Source: Octopus sinensis
Taxonomy: Eukaryota
Direction: 5' to 3'
NCBI RefSeq assembly: GCF_006345805.1
Contig: NC_043025.1
Coordinates: 16,306,001 to 16,370,000, forward strand
DNA: 64,000 nucleotides
The notes below the pieces were generated by a model, which saw only the letters and a list, made by a program, of their open reading frames with translations, was not told the origin of the DNA and ran no database searches. This document shows, in pieces, positions 23,560-35,346 of this stretch (its first letter is position 1; each line of letters opens with the position of its first letter). Made by a program: the position numbers and the translations under genes.

Positions 23560-25485
23560 GATGAAGAATTTCTCACCAAGCATAAATTATAACTCATGAC
23601 GCTCTGTGTCTGCATGGGTTGCTTTTTCTTGAACGGAACAGTGAATTTAGAAATAAATTCTTCTTCCTTTATCTGCCATATATATTTTCCAGACTCATTA
23701 CAGTTCTTTTCTCCTGGTGCTTGGAGAAATTTCTATGAGAATATAGTCTGGTTTTGAAGGAATTTTTCGTAGTACCCGTGTATGTTTTATATGTGCCCGT
23801 CTTTGTCCATTTGAACTTTAGCCCTATAAACAATTCCTTTCACTAGACAATTTCCTTCTAAGGGACAGCAACTTTGGTCTTTGAAATTGTGTTTAGGTTC
23901 GTCATTTATTTCGGCACCTTTGGTTTTACTAATTGTCTCTGCGTTAATTTGGTTGATTAAAGAGGTGAAGTTCTCACAAGAATAGCTAATCTTAAGCATT
24001 CTCCTCTTTAAAATTCTGTGGTGTTTGTGGTTTTCTTGGAAGTGTTTGGAAATTAGTCTTAAGAATTCTTTACCCACATTAGTTTTTATGGCGATACTGA
24101 AGGTCGGATTAAACCACAAAACATCCCTGGTTCTAGTCCTGCGTAGTCTATTAAGGATATTTTCGTTATACTATACTGGATCTTCTCAGACAATCCAATG
24201 TTTCTTAATGCATCATTGTAGTACGGGGTGGCTTTTCGAAATGCTGTCTCGTCCGAAGATATCGATAGTATGCACCTTCCAATATTGCTAACTATATTCT
24301 TAAGAATTATAAATGGGTGATTGGACCATTTGTTAATATAGCCCAGCTTTACGTTAGGCTTGCGGTAGGGTTTAAATTTATCTAATTGTAAATCTAGGCA
24401 AATGTCTAAGAGGGTTCTTCTAGTTAGGTTCGTATCGATTGTGATTTGTAAGCTCATTCTTTGGAAGAAAGTGATAAGAATCTTCCTGAGTTCATTGATT
24501 TCATGTTCGTTCATATTACGCGTGACTATAAGGTCACCATACCTATATAATCCTGCATCTATAAAAGGAAATCCTAGATGTAAGTTGTGCAGTATTATCA
24601 TACATAGTTCTGCTCCGTCGGCACATCAAATAAAGGGTCTTCACTCTTTCTGTCCTAGGTGGAATCGTCGAAAAAAAAGTAGAGATTTTCTGGCATGCAA
24701 CATAATATCGATATCCGAACTGTCAATGTTTACGTATTTCTTAGTAAAATCCAGTGCCTTAAGAAGCAGAAGTCTGGATTTAGACGGGTAGAAGTCCACG
24801 ATATCGAACTGTATAAATTTACAGTTACTTTGATGGCTAATGTCCTTAAACCATATTTACTATAAACTATTTACTGTTACCCCATCAGTAAATCTAATTC
24901 TCCACATGTTTAAAGTAAAGTCTAAGTTACTTTGCCAATAATTCCTATTTCTGTTTTGGCTTGTGTTAACTAATTTGCATTTCAGGTTTCAATTAAAATT
25001 GGCTTTATCGTGCTTCTTAAGATAATAAAGGGGAGAAGGTATTCAATCCTCACGCTAACGTTAAGGTTGGCAGCGATTCTACTTGCTTTGAAATTCACTT
25101 CTTCATCTAAGTTACCATTTTTTATACGTGTCTCTAATACGATCTGAAAAGTGTCTGACATAAAGGCTTTTTTCTACTGCGTCTATTGTCTTGTCGGACT
25201 TCACAAAAATTATATCTGAATTCCTAATATTCTTTATTTTGCCGTTCATTGTTTTCCAGAATGCGTTACCGATTTCATGAAATTTAATCTTCCTAACAAG
25301 TTCGAACAGTTCCCTGTCGAAAGGTTCCCATTTCGAGATTGGTGGTGGGTTTTTCGTAAATTTAAGTCCGTGCTTATTCGTGTTATTGTGTTGTTCTTTC
25401 CTGCCATCTCATACTGCGGATAAAATATTCTGTTTTCTCTATGAGGCTTTTGGGATACGGCTTCTTTGCCAGGATAGGTATTTAT
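23560..25485 (-). mobile_element. Near full-length degenerate Penelope-like retroelement (Naiad-type RT + GIY-YIG)
   Basis: LIEKTEYFIRSMRW; FDIVDFYPS; GLYRYGDL (decayed YRDD); YINKWSNHP; WFNPTFS..TNVGKEFL.LISKHF; CPLEGNCLVKGIVYRAKV. Many frameshifts; 5' end abuts (TA)n. Confidence 0.85.
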
Positions 25486-25495
25486 ATAATATATA

Positions 25496-25538
<43 letters not shown>

Positions 25539-25579
25539 TATATATATATATATCTATATATAATATATATATATATATA

Positions 25580-25855
25580 TAAAATTAATTAAGGTAGAAA
25601 TTGATATTAGTCAATTAAAACCAGTGGTCTAGCATATTAAAAAGAATCCGAAGATTAAAATATTTTTACATACAAATTAAGGACTGAACACGAAAAGTGG
25701 ATAGTCAACATGTTAGATATAGACGTCAAATCTCCACAAAGAGTATGTTCTCTTTTATTTGAGAACATACTCTTTGTGGAGAATGGAGATTTGACGTCTA
25801 TATCTAGCATGTTGACTGTCCACTTTTCGTGTTCAGTACTTAATTTGTATATATA
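25580..25855. repeat. Fold-back insertion in (TA)n; same family as 30655-30955
   Basis: ~25670-25752 is inverted at ~25760-25850; shared GGTAGAAATTGATATTA..CAATTAAAACCAGTGG. Confidence 0.8.
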
Positions 25856-25938
25856 TAACCATGTGGTTAAGAAGTAAGCTTCTTACTACATACCAACTCC
25901 TGCGTCTATAAAAAACTATTTTTTAAATATCTTTTCAG

Positions 25939-26067
25939 GTACACCATTTATATTAACAAAATTGAAGGAGAATGTTACCGTATCTGGATGTGTCAACCCT
26001 ATTTGTATTCCTGAGAAAAAAAGCGATTATTCAATGGAAAATTGTTTCGCTGCTACGTATGTCCAAG
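25939..26067 (+). CDS. Serine-protease homologue exon (Asp102 site replaced; PICIP motif)
   Basis: ttttcAG|...|GTGAGT, phase 1-1. GTPFILTKLKENVTVSGCVNPICIPEKKSDYSMENCFAATYVQ aligns to NDIALLKL...V.PICLP...C. Confidence 0.85.
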
Positions 26068-26271
26068 GTGAGTCCTTAGCCAGTCTTAGCATCATCCATC
26101 CATTTTTTATTGCATTATCTATGCAGTTAGGGAAGTATACCAGCATATACAGGGTGTAAAGGGAACTGGTTGATTCTTTACACTTTTGGGTGCAACTTGG
26201 GTGCAACACAATTTCCTTTCTTTTTGTTTCCAGAAACTACCAGTCAGGAACAAAACGCAACTTTAAAAATA

Positions 26272-28420
26272 TATAAGATTCTTTATTCTCTTATTTACAA
26301 ATGAAGCACGTTGGTATATTGGTATCCACTTGGTTCAACACAGCAAGGCTGAATTTTAACCTTTGTAAGATTCTTACAACAAATTCAGCAGCAACAGAAC
26401 AGGTTAAATCCTAAGCGTCTAAGGACAGGAGAATAGCTGATCACACGTTTAACACGTCCTTTCTCTACAATAGCCGTGTCTCAAGTCACGACGCTAACAA
26501 GGAACGCGATAGAATTTTCTTCTCCAGTCTCTAGCGCATGTGCATGAGGGAACTTCCTTAGGCCTTTCCAGGCCTTTCCAGAAGGTTCCATCCCCGCACA
26601 CGCACACTGAAGAATGACGTTGCGTGTGCGCACACTGGAAAATGACGTCATTACAAAGACTCCCCCTCGAGTGCGGAAGCATGAAACAAAATTCGTTGTA
26701 GTGGCTTCAGAAAATAAGGTGTTTACCAAATAACCAAAATGGCACACAATATGACAAATCAAAACAAAATTTACAATATAAATAAGAATGCACCAAAAAA
26801 TACTCAAATGAACAAAGTTCAATAAGTATCGTAACTGTCACTGGGAACACAATTGAGAATGTCAAATATAAATAGTCTTTGAAAGTTTCTTTGGCCAGTG
26901 AACAGTTCTGCCTGACCTCGTAACATAAGGTTTGTTCGAGGCGGGCTGCGACGACGAAGGTGGTGTTGCCGATGTTGGTGTTGATAAAGGTGCATGTGTA
27001 AATGGTGGTGGTGTCACAGGTGCATGTGAAGGTTCAACGATGGTTGTAGCAGCGGTGTCATCAAAAGATGTTGACACCTCAAAATATGCCCTTTTAAGAC
27101 GATCTACGGAGACGGTCTCCGAACGACCACTAATGTCAAGTTTGAATACTTTCGGCGTGCGGGAAATCACACGAAAAGGTCCTTTGTAAGGAGAAACAAG
27201 AGGTCCTTTGACAGAATCATCACGAACAAAAACATGTGTCCAAGAATCAAGATCTGATAGCACATTAGAAGAAGGATTTTGATGTCGGGGACCCATAGGA
27301 GGAAGGGTAGAAAAATATCTGCGTAGACGAGCAACACAAGACTCTAAATTAAGAGACTGTGACTTGTCTGGCACCAACATCTACCATGCAATGCCAGTGT
27401 GGTACCATACAAGAGCTCGACAGAAGAAAAACCAAGGTCTGCTTTAATCGCAATCCAACATCCAAGCAGGACGATAAGAAGAAATTCAGTCCACGATTGT
27501 GGATTCGGCGAGGCACGCAACGCGGCCTTAAGTTGCCTGTGGAAACGCTCCACCATCCCATTAGAAGCGGGATGGTAACTAGTGGTGCGTATATGATGCA
27601 TCCCCAGGATTCGTGATTGCTGACGAAATAAAACCGCTTCGAATTGTCGACTACGATCTGTGGTTAAACTGGACGGTACACCGAACCTAGAAATCCAGTT
27701 AGACACGAAAGCTTTCGCAACAGTTTCAGCAGAAATGTCTGCTATAGGAATAGCTTCCGGCCAACGTGAGAAACGATCGATACAAGTTAAAATATATGAG
27801 AAACCGCGACTCACAGGCCATGGGCCAACCAAATCAAGGTGGACATGGCGAAAACGGGCCCCAGGAGAAGAAGACTGTCCAAGTGGAGCACGAACGTGTC
27901 TATGGACTTTAGCACTCTGGCACCTCAAACAAGAGCGTGCCCAAGAGGTAATCGATCGTCGCATATTGGGCCAGAAGAACCGAGCAGTAACAAGTTTTAC
28001 TGTGGCAGAGATAGCATTTGTGTGTGTATTAACTATGTGTGCAGATGCGTGCGCAAGGCCAGGCGCTGAGGAAAGGTGTATGTGTGTGTATAAGAGTGAA
28101 CTTAGAGAACAAATAGAAATATCCAGACTCAAGATGGAGATAAATACCAGTTCGTAAGGTACACAATAGCAGTTCGTTCTGTGTCCATGAAGTTGGGGCA
28201 AAGAGGAGAGCAGTTACTACGCGTGTAGAAGTTGGGGCTTCGATCCATTTGCCAGGTTACATCGGTACAGAAGATCTCGCCGGTAGAGTTGTGCTGTTAA
28301 CCTTGGTGTGTATACACGAACAGCGTGTAAGCTAAACTTGAGCGAGTTGCTGTGTACATATCGTTGAGGTCGACGGTGGTGAAGGCGACGGTAGAGAACG
28401 GTGACAGTAGTGGACTTGGG
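26272..28420 (-). mobile_element. Gypsy LTR retrotransposon remnant: integrase, PPT and 3' LTR (~26272-26655)
   Basis: [21 protein letters not shown]; HVHLDLVGP; [15 protein letters not shown]; [20 protein letters not shown]; YKGPF. PPT GAGGGGGAG then TGTAATGACG at 26655; AATAAA near 26285. Confidence 0.88.
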
Positions 28421-28873
28421 ACAATATTCTGCTCAATACCACAGATTTGCTTGTCAGTTGTTTGACCATAACCAGTTGAGCATGTCCCTTAGTGGTTGAC
28501 GATATGTGCATCTCTGATCACGAGCAGAAGTAGTGGGGGAGCATCATAGCCATGTGTTGAGAGGGATTCTTTGGGGTTTGAATAATTCACCTCTGGTAAC
28601 ATGGGTGGTTCTTTCAACATCCTTAAACAACCCTTATTCAGGGACCTTTTGAGTAGGATGGGTTACTCGACCTGAAGAAAATTCTAACTGGGCCCCACCT
28701 GCAAGGTCATGTGCTGTTTATCTTGATATGAGATCACCATGTCGCACACATATGGTTGTGATGCATGTGCCTGGTGTACGCTTATCAGACGGGTAGTCAT
28801 GATGGGTATATTGGGCTTCGTATATTTTACCCCAGTGTCACTTTGATGGCATGCACTGCTGTCTCATTCAATG

Positions 28874-28925
<52 letters not shown>

Positions 28926-28931
28926 TAATAA

Positions 28932-29003
<72 letters not shown>

Positions 29004-29039
29004 TAATAATAATAAAACGACAACAATAATAATAATAAT

Positions 29040-29640
29040 AATAGAAGACTGAAAAGTACGGTCTGGAAAGAGTATGGAATTGGTACAAACACAAACCAGC
29101 AGACGTCACTGAGAACGATGGTTATAAGATCCTGTGGGATTTTACAATCCAATGTGACTGCCTAATCGATGCTTGGAAACCGGACATTGTTGTAGTGGAT
29201 TAAAGAGAAAAAGGAAACCAAGATCATAGATATTGCCACACCCGGGATGCACGCGTAGATGAGAAAGAGTAAGAAAGGATGGAAGATAGAGACTACGAAA
29301 GGACGAAATTGCAAGAGTGTGGACAATGAGGAGAGTAATTGTTGTCCCAGTAGTTGCTGGGATACTCGGAGTACTAACAACCAAGTTCGAGAAACATGTC
29401 GGAGAAATTGGAATCGATATGAGGGCAAAACCGGCTCAAAAACTGCTCTGCTGGGGACAGATAGGATTTTGAGATTGGTGCTTGAGTGTTAAGTGTCTCC
29501 CACGAATTAACATTCAAGCTACCAAATATTTGTAATTTGGGGAAAGAGACCCTGTGAGGCTTCTGACAACAGGTTGCTGTCTACTCTCACAGAATCACTT
29601 AAAGCAAGACCGAGTACTCTGAGAAGTAAAATGATAATCG
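29040..29640 (+). mobile_element. Dong/R4 3' fragment (RLE domain) after (AAT)n
   Basis: ILWDFTIQCD.LIDAWKPDIVVVD...IIDIA.P; TALLGTDRILRLVL. Confidence 0.75.
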
Positions 29641-29933
29641 AATGCTCGTCATAACGGCATTTTGTGTGTTTTTATGGATTTATCTGTGGGAGTTGTGGGT
29701 TTGTCTCACGGGCAACCTTGAAATCTTTCTGTCCAGAATGAGGTTATTTATTCAACTTAATATTTACATCTTATTATTTACAGCTTTATGTATGTGCTTC
29801 GAGATCCAAAATTCCAAACAATAAATTATTTCACGTTTTCTCGAAAGCTTACACATTCCTACCGCATTAATTCTACTTATTAATTACTTATGTATTTTTC
29901 ATCGGTTCATTTATTTATTTTCCTTAATTTCAG

Positions 29934-30064
29934 ATAAGGATAACACTATGCATGTTGATATTGGAAAAACGAGGTTGATAAAAGGTCCGTGCACGTCCCC
30001 CCCAAACCAACCACCACCATTTACACTTTGTGCATACAATTTTGTCCAGATATGTAATAAGTAT
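29934..30064 (+). CDS. Serine-protease homologue exon (Cys168/182/191 equivalents)
   Basis: aatttcAG|...|GTAAGT, phase 1-0; DKDNTMHVDIGKTRLIKGPCTSPPNQPPPFTLCAYNFVQICNKY. Confidence 0.8.
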
Positions 30065-30421
30065 GTAAGTTAGCATTGATTTACATTTTAAATATTTCTT
30101 GGCTGTGCGATAAGAAGTTTGTTTCTCAACCACGTTGTTCTGGGTTCAGTCCCATCGCATCGCATCTTGGGCAAGTGTCTTCTACTAAAGATACAGGTTG
30201 ATCGAAGCTGTGCGAGTAAATTTGGTAATGCAGTACGATCGTTTCATGTGACTCAATTTAATTGAACAATGAAAATATTACATCAGTTTTAAAATGTAGA
30301 GCATCATAGTTACAACGATGATGTTGATAAAACATGTTCTTTGTCTATCTACTTTGTGATTTTGGTTAATAGAATAACTATACAAATGAATCTTTTGAAC
30401 TTAACTAAATTCTATATTTCT

Positions 30422-30511
30422 ATGCAGCTGAAGATTGCTCTACATTTTAAAACTGATGTAATATTTGCATTGTTCAATTAAATAGAGTCGCATGAAACAA
30501 TCGTACTGCAT
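30422..30511 (+). ncRNA. Type I hammerhead motif with long stem II; partial inverted copy at 30224-30304
   Basis: ATGCAG-CTGAAGA-tTGC...GCAt-GAAAC-AATC-GTA-CTGCAT; the inverted copy keeps palindromic GATC. Confidence 0.75.
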
Positions 30512-30654
30512 TACCTCTGGATATCCTTGTTGCTTATTTTTATTATAATCACCCCATTTTGAATTATATGGATAATACCATACTAAATTATGGTGCCTTT
30601 AACTTAATTACCATATTCATCTGAATCTAAATTTTACTGAACTTTATATATATA

Positions 30655-30951
30655 TAAATTGAATAAGGGTAGAAATTGATATTAATCAATTAAAACCAGT
30701 GGCCTAGCATATTAAAAAAAATTTTTAAAAAAGATTAAAATATTTTTTACATACAAAATTTAAGGACTGACCACTAAAAGTGAACGGTCAACATGCTAGA
30801 TATAGACGTCAAAATCGCTATTTTCCATGAAGAATGTGTTCTCAGGAATACATTCTGAGAGCATTCTTCGTGGAAAATAGCGATTTTGACGTCTATATCT
30901 AGCATATTGACTGTCCACTTTTAGTGGTCAGTCCTTTAAATTTTGTATGTA

Positions 30952-30955
<4 letters not shown>
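30655..30955. repeat. Fold-back insertion in (TA)n
   Basis: ~30747-30845 is inverted at ~30855-30953. Confidence 0.8.
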
Positions 30956-31018
<63 letters not shown>

Positions 31019-31040
31019 CGGGACAATCAGTAAGTTGTCA

Positions 31041-31100
31041 TAATAATACTCAGAGTTTCAAACACCGGAGCTGAGAGCTAGGCATTTTCATCAGTTATTA
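31041..31100 (-). ncRNA. Compact, apparently intact type I hammerhead ribozyme
   Basis: TAATAA-CTGATGA-AAATGCC-loop-GGTGTTT-GAAA-CT-ctg-A-GTA-TTATTA. Confidence 0.8.
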
Positions 31101-31330
31101 AGACATGAAACGCTATGAAAAAAAAAACGTTGAATAAAGGGAAGTTACTCTAATAGGCGTGGAAAGATAAAAGATATAAAATATATTAAATAATTATAAA
31201 ATACACACAACCACATACTCATAAAGATAGAAATCTACGTTCATAATATCTACATACGTACGCACTCATGCAGACATGTATATATACATGCATACATGTA
31301 CACACATATACACATATGTGCGTGTGTGTG

Positions 31331-31371
<41 letters not shown>

Positions 31372-31841
31372 ATTATTATGGCTGCCCCCTCGTTACCGAG
31401 TATGGCCATTGCACGAAGCTTAACTGTTACTGGTGCTGTGATCAAATGTGACTTTTTAGCCCAGCTAAAGAACTACAATGTCTTGTACAAAATTTGTAAC
31501 TAAAACCTTTACTGGTAATAGCCGGCTGTAGTTGTAACTGGGCTTCATGTACCTTTGCATGTCGTTCAAGCCCTCCTGCCGAATTACACTCTCTTCCACA
31601 TGCCCGACAGATATGATTAGTATATGAAATATGGGTGTATGTATGCAGTATAAATGTATGTGTATGCGTGCATCTATGTATGTAATGTACGTGTATGTGT
31701 GTGTGTATGAATATGATGTATGTGGAAGGGAAGTACGGTAGTAATGAGATTCTTATTTACATTTACGTTCTTCATGTGTTTCTTTTATCACCAACCAATC
31801 AAACAACCAACGAATGAACTATTATAAAATTTTTGTTTCAG

Positions 31842-32023
31842 AAAGAGAACGGTGGTGCGTTGATATGCCAGAGTGTAAAAGACAAGAACAGTTGGATGTT
31901 GGCAGGAGTGACACGAGAGACTTCTAATACTCAGGATGCAACCCAAATGCCTGGAATGACCCTGTCTATTATTGGGACACGGTGGAGCTTATGAAACAGC
32001 TTAATATATCAAGTAATACTTAA
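31842..32023 (+). CDS. Serine-protease homologue terminal exon (Ser195>Asn; probable 1-nt frameshift near 31926)
   Basis: tgtttcAG|KENGGALICQSVKDKNSWMLAGV corresponds to GDSGGPLVC...W.L.GV. As assembled it stops at 31994. The shifted frame gives YSGCNPNAWNDPVYYWDTVELMKQLNISSNT* (stop 32023). AATAAA at ~32073-32086. Confidence 0.8.
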
Positions 32024-32269
32024 TACATAGCCGGATATTCCCAAAACTCCTCTATGAAAAAGAGTAAAAAATAATAAAATAATAAAAACAGCAAATATAT
32101 AATAAAAAAATAATGAATGTTAAGAATGGAATGAGGATAATCTTGGATTATCTTATGAAGGATGTCTGTCTCAAGCTTTTTAAAGCAAGGACTTATATTC
32201 TCTGTCCCTTTGATGGGTGCCGCTTTAGTGTATGTTCTGCTTCGCCATTTACACTTTAGCTTGTGGTCT

Positions 32270-33110
32270 AGCTCTAACACTAAACCCCGACCTAACCCCA
32301 AACCCTAACCCTAAACACTAATCCTAAGTACTAACCTTAATCTCTAAAGTTAATCCCTAAACCCAAACCCTAATTCTAACCCTACCCATAACCCTAAACT
32401 CTAACCTTAAACCCTAATCCTAATCATAAAACGCTAACCCACAAACATTAAGTTAAAACTAAACCCTTCCTAAACCCTGGCCTTAACCTTAAACCCTAAT
32501 CCTAATCATAAAACGCTAACCCACAAACATTAAGTTAAAACTAAACCCTTCCTAAACCCTGGCCTTAACCTTAAACCTAATCCTATCATAAAACGCTAAC
32601 CCACAAACATTAAGTTAAAACTAAACCCTTCCTAAACCCTGGCCTTAACCTTAAACCTAATCCTAATCATAAAACGCTAACCCACAACATTAAGTTAAAA
32701 CTAAACCCTTCCTAAACCCTGGCCTTAACCTTAAACTCTAATCCTAATCATAAAACGCTAACCCACAAACATTAAGTTAAAACTAAACCCTTCCTAAACC
32801 CTGGCCTTAACCTTAAACCCTAATCCTAATCATAAAACGCTAACCCACAAACATTAAGTTAAAACTAAACCCTTCCTAAACCCTGGCCTTAACCTTAAAC
32901 CCTAATCCTAATCATAAAACGCTAACCCACAAACATTAAGTTAAAACTAAACCCTTCCTAAACCTTGGCCTTAACCTTAAACCCTAATTCTAAACCTAAA
33001 TCCTGACCCTAAAACCTAGGCCTAATCACCAAAATAACCTTAACTAATCCTAAATACTAATTCTAACCTTAATTTCCTAATTTCCAATTCTAACTTTAAA
33101 ACTTACAATA
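32270..33110. repeat. Degenerate CCCTAA-like tract with ~7 copies of an ~82-bp minisatellite
   Basis: Units start at ~32407, 32489, 32571, 32651, 32731, 32813, 32895 (partial at 32977). Confidence 0.9.
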
Positions 33111-33676
33111 ATTCTGACCGATATGACAACGTTTCACAATATTCACTGCAATATTGACTACGGAAGACCACATCACTTTTACTTCCGGAACTTTCTGAAA
33201 GCAAAATAATAACTAAATAGACAGGGAAAAACAATTAGGGCTGGATTTTCCTCGGACGATATCTGGAAGTATATAAACTGTGGATAGTAAAAGAATGTTC
33301 CAGAAATATCACAGAATAAAAATTATCAATGAAGAATCGTGGCTGTAAATTGTAAATTAATCATTCTTAGAAAAATGGCGGTGTTTGATGTAAAGGGTCG
33401 ATAAAGGGTTAAAGATGAACGAAGAACAAAGTTTCCGGTTAATAAGTCCTTGCGGTGTTTTAAAAAGAAAATATGAGAAAATCAGGTGAAAAGACAAAAA
33501 ACTCAGAAAAATAAAAAGGAAATCTACAAAAATAAAACAAAATTTGGCTTAGAGTTTTTTTGTGTGTATAATTGTGTTTGTTGTTGTTGTTGTTGGTGCC
33601 ATTGTTTCATATATGTATGTATACTTTCACATGGACACATGTAAATATATATATATGTATTGTATGTATATATATG

Positions 33677-33727
<51 letters not shown>

Positions 33728-33907
33728 GTATGTATGTATATGTATACATATAAGCATACATGTATATATATACACACATACATACATGTATATATGTATA
33801 TATTACATGTATGCTTATATGTATACAATACATACATACATATATATATACATATATATATATATATATTATATGGGATATATATATACATACATATATA
33901 TATATAT

Positions 33908-33941
<34 letters not shown>

Positions 33942-34058
33942 ATATAACATATATATATATAATATTAATTAGAGACAAAACCACTATTATGTAATCAAAT
34001 AAAGAAAGACTTAATCCAATACATAAAAATTTATATAAAATAAATATAATTAAGATAT

Positions 34059-34104
34059 CCACTACGATCGTTTCTTGTCACTTCTATGGACATTCATCAG
34101 GTGG
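34059..34104 (-). ncRNA. Minimal type I hammerhead motif
   Basis: CCAC-CTGATGA-aTGTC-catagaagt-GACAa-GAAAC-GATC-GTA-GTGG. Confidence 0.75.
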
Positions 34105-34278
34105 TTTCAAGACCTTCTTTGCAATTTTTAACCTATGAAGTTAAATAATAGTGTTTTGTCTCTAATTATATTATATAATATTTTACTATAAAATTGGATT
34201 CAATCCTAAATCTGATTTTCCTTGTAAATTTGGATTATTCCCTAATATTTATTATTATATATATATATATATATATAG

Positions 34279-34348
<70 letters not shown>

Positions 34349-34433
34349 ACAAATATATATAATTAAATTAGAGATAAACCACTATTAGGCAACTCAAACA
34401 GTGATAGACATAAAGTTTGGATATACTCCCTAA

Positions 34434-34467
<34 letters not shown>

Positions 34468-34795
34468 TTATATATATATATATATATATCATAAATAACC
34501 ATGTATGTATATATTTGTGCGTGTGTGTATGAATATACTGAGTACATATTATATGGGTTATATATCTGCCTATATTCACATATAATCATGCATATACTCA
34601 TGTATTTACATATCTATCTATTTATATACACATAATTAAGAGATCAGCAAAAGTGGCTTCACCGCATACCGAAATTTTGAAATAGCAGTGAAAACTACTA
34701 ATTCTTCTACTACAATATATCTCCACAGACAGTTATACTCGTATCTGACATAGGCAAAAAGAAGAAAAAATAACGAAACTAACCAGCCTTAATTA

Positions 34796-34854
34796 ATCGT
34801 GTACGCGTTTCAGGATTAGAATGGCGTAAAATTCATTTCCCTCTTCAGCATGAT
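34796..34854 (-). ncRNA. Minimal type I hammerhead motif
   Basis: ATCATG-CTGAAGA-GGGA...TCCT-GAAAC-GC-GTA-CACGAT; palindromic ACGCGT. Confidence 0.7.
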
Positions 34855-34914
34855 ATTCTAAGATTATAAATTTGAAAATGCTAACAAACTTATGCACGCT
34901 CGATCAGGGGGAAT

Positions 34915-35215
34915 TACAACCGTGTTTCGTGGTCTGCTACCATAACAACTCCTTTATAGGATCCAGTTAACTCAAGACATCATCAGGAGGAACCACGTGT
35001 TGGGTGCATGTCTTCTTTCTTCTTCTTCTTCTTCTGTTCCCTGGCCTCTTCGATGTATCGTATGCGAGTGTCAGCCGGTGAATGACTGACTTGTCAAGTT
35101 TCTCTCTTTAAATACCTGCCTCATAGGCTCCAGCGGGCAGCCCCAGCAAGTTGTCACGTGACACTGTCTCACCTTAACTGACTAGAAAGGCGCGTAGTTT
35201 TAGCCCGCGCATAAG
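34915..35215 (-). repeat. Unclassified dispersed repeat (promoter-like/pLTR-like), copy 3, internally deleted
   Basis: Reverse-complement match to 23050-23430. Confidence 0.7.
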
Positions 35216-35346
35216 AGAAACAGCATTTCTGAATTTATATAGACGGGTACTTCTGTATCTACCCTCAAGATTCACAATGTGCGTCACAAGAAGTACCGCA
35301 GTTTAACTATCAGGGAGTGAATTATCATTATAGATATAGGGTACAT

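Noticed and set aside
26234-26364. Phase-compatible candidate exon with two in-frame TGA codons (possible selenocysteine)
   Set aside because: Most of it lies in the Gypsy 3' LTR, and a stop-free exon with the expected cysteines exists at 29934-30064.
32155-32215. SECIS-like ATGA...AA...hairpin in the 3' region
   Set aside because: No correctly placed 3' GA for the non-Watson-Crick quartet, it lies beyond the AATAAA signals, and the gene model has no UGA codon.
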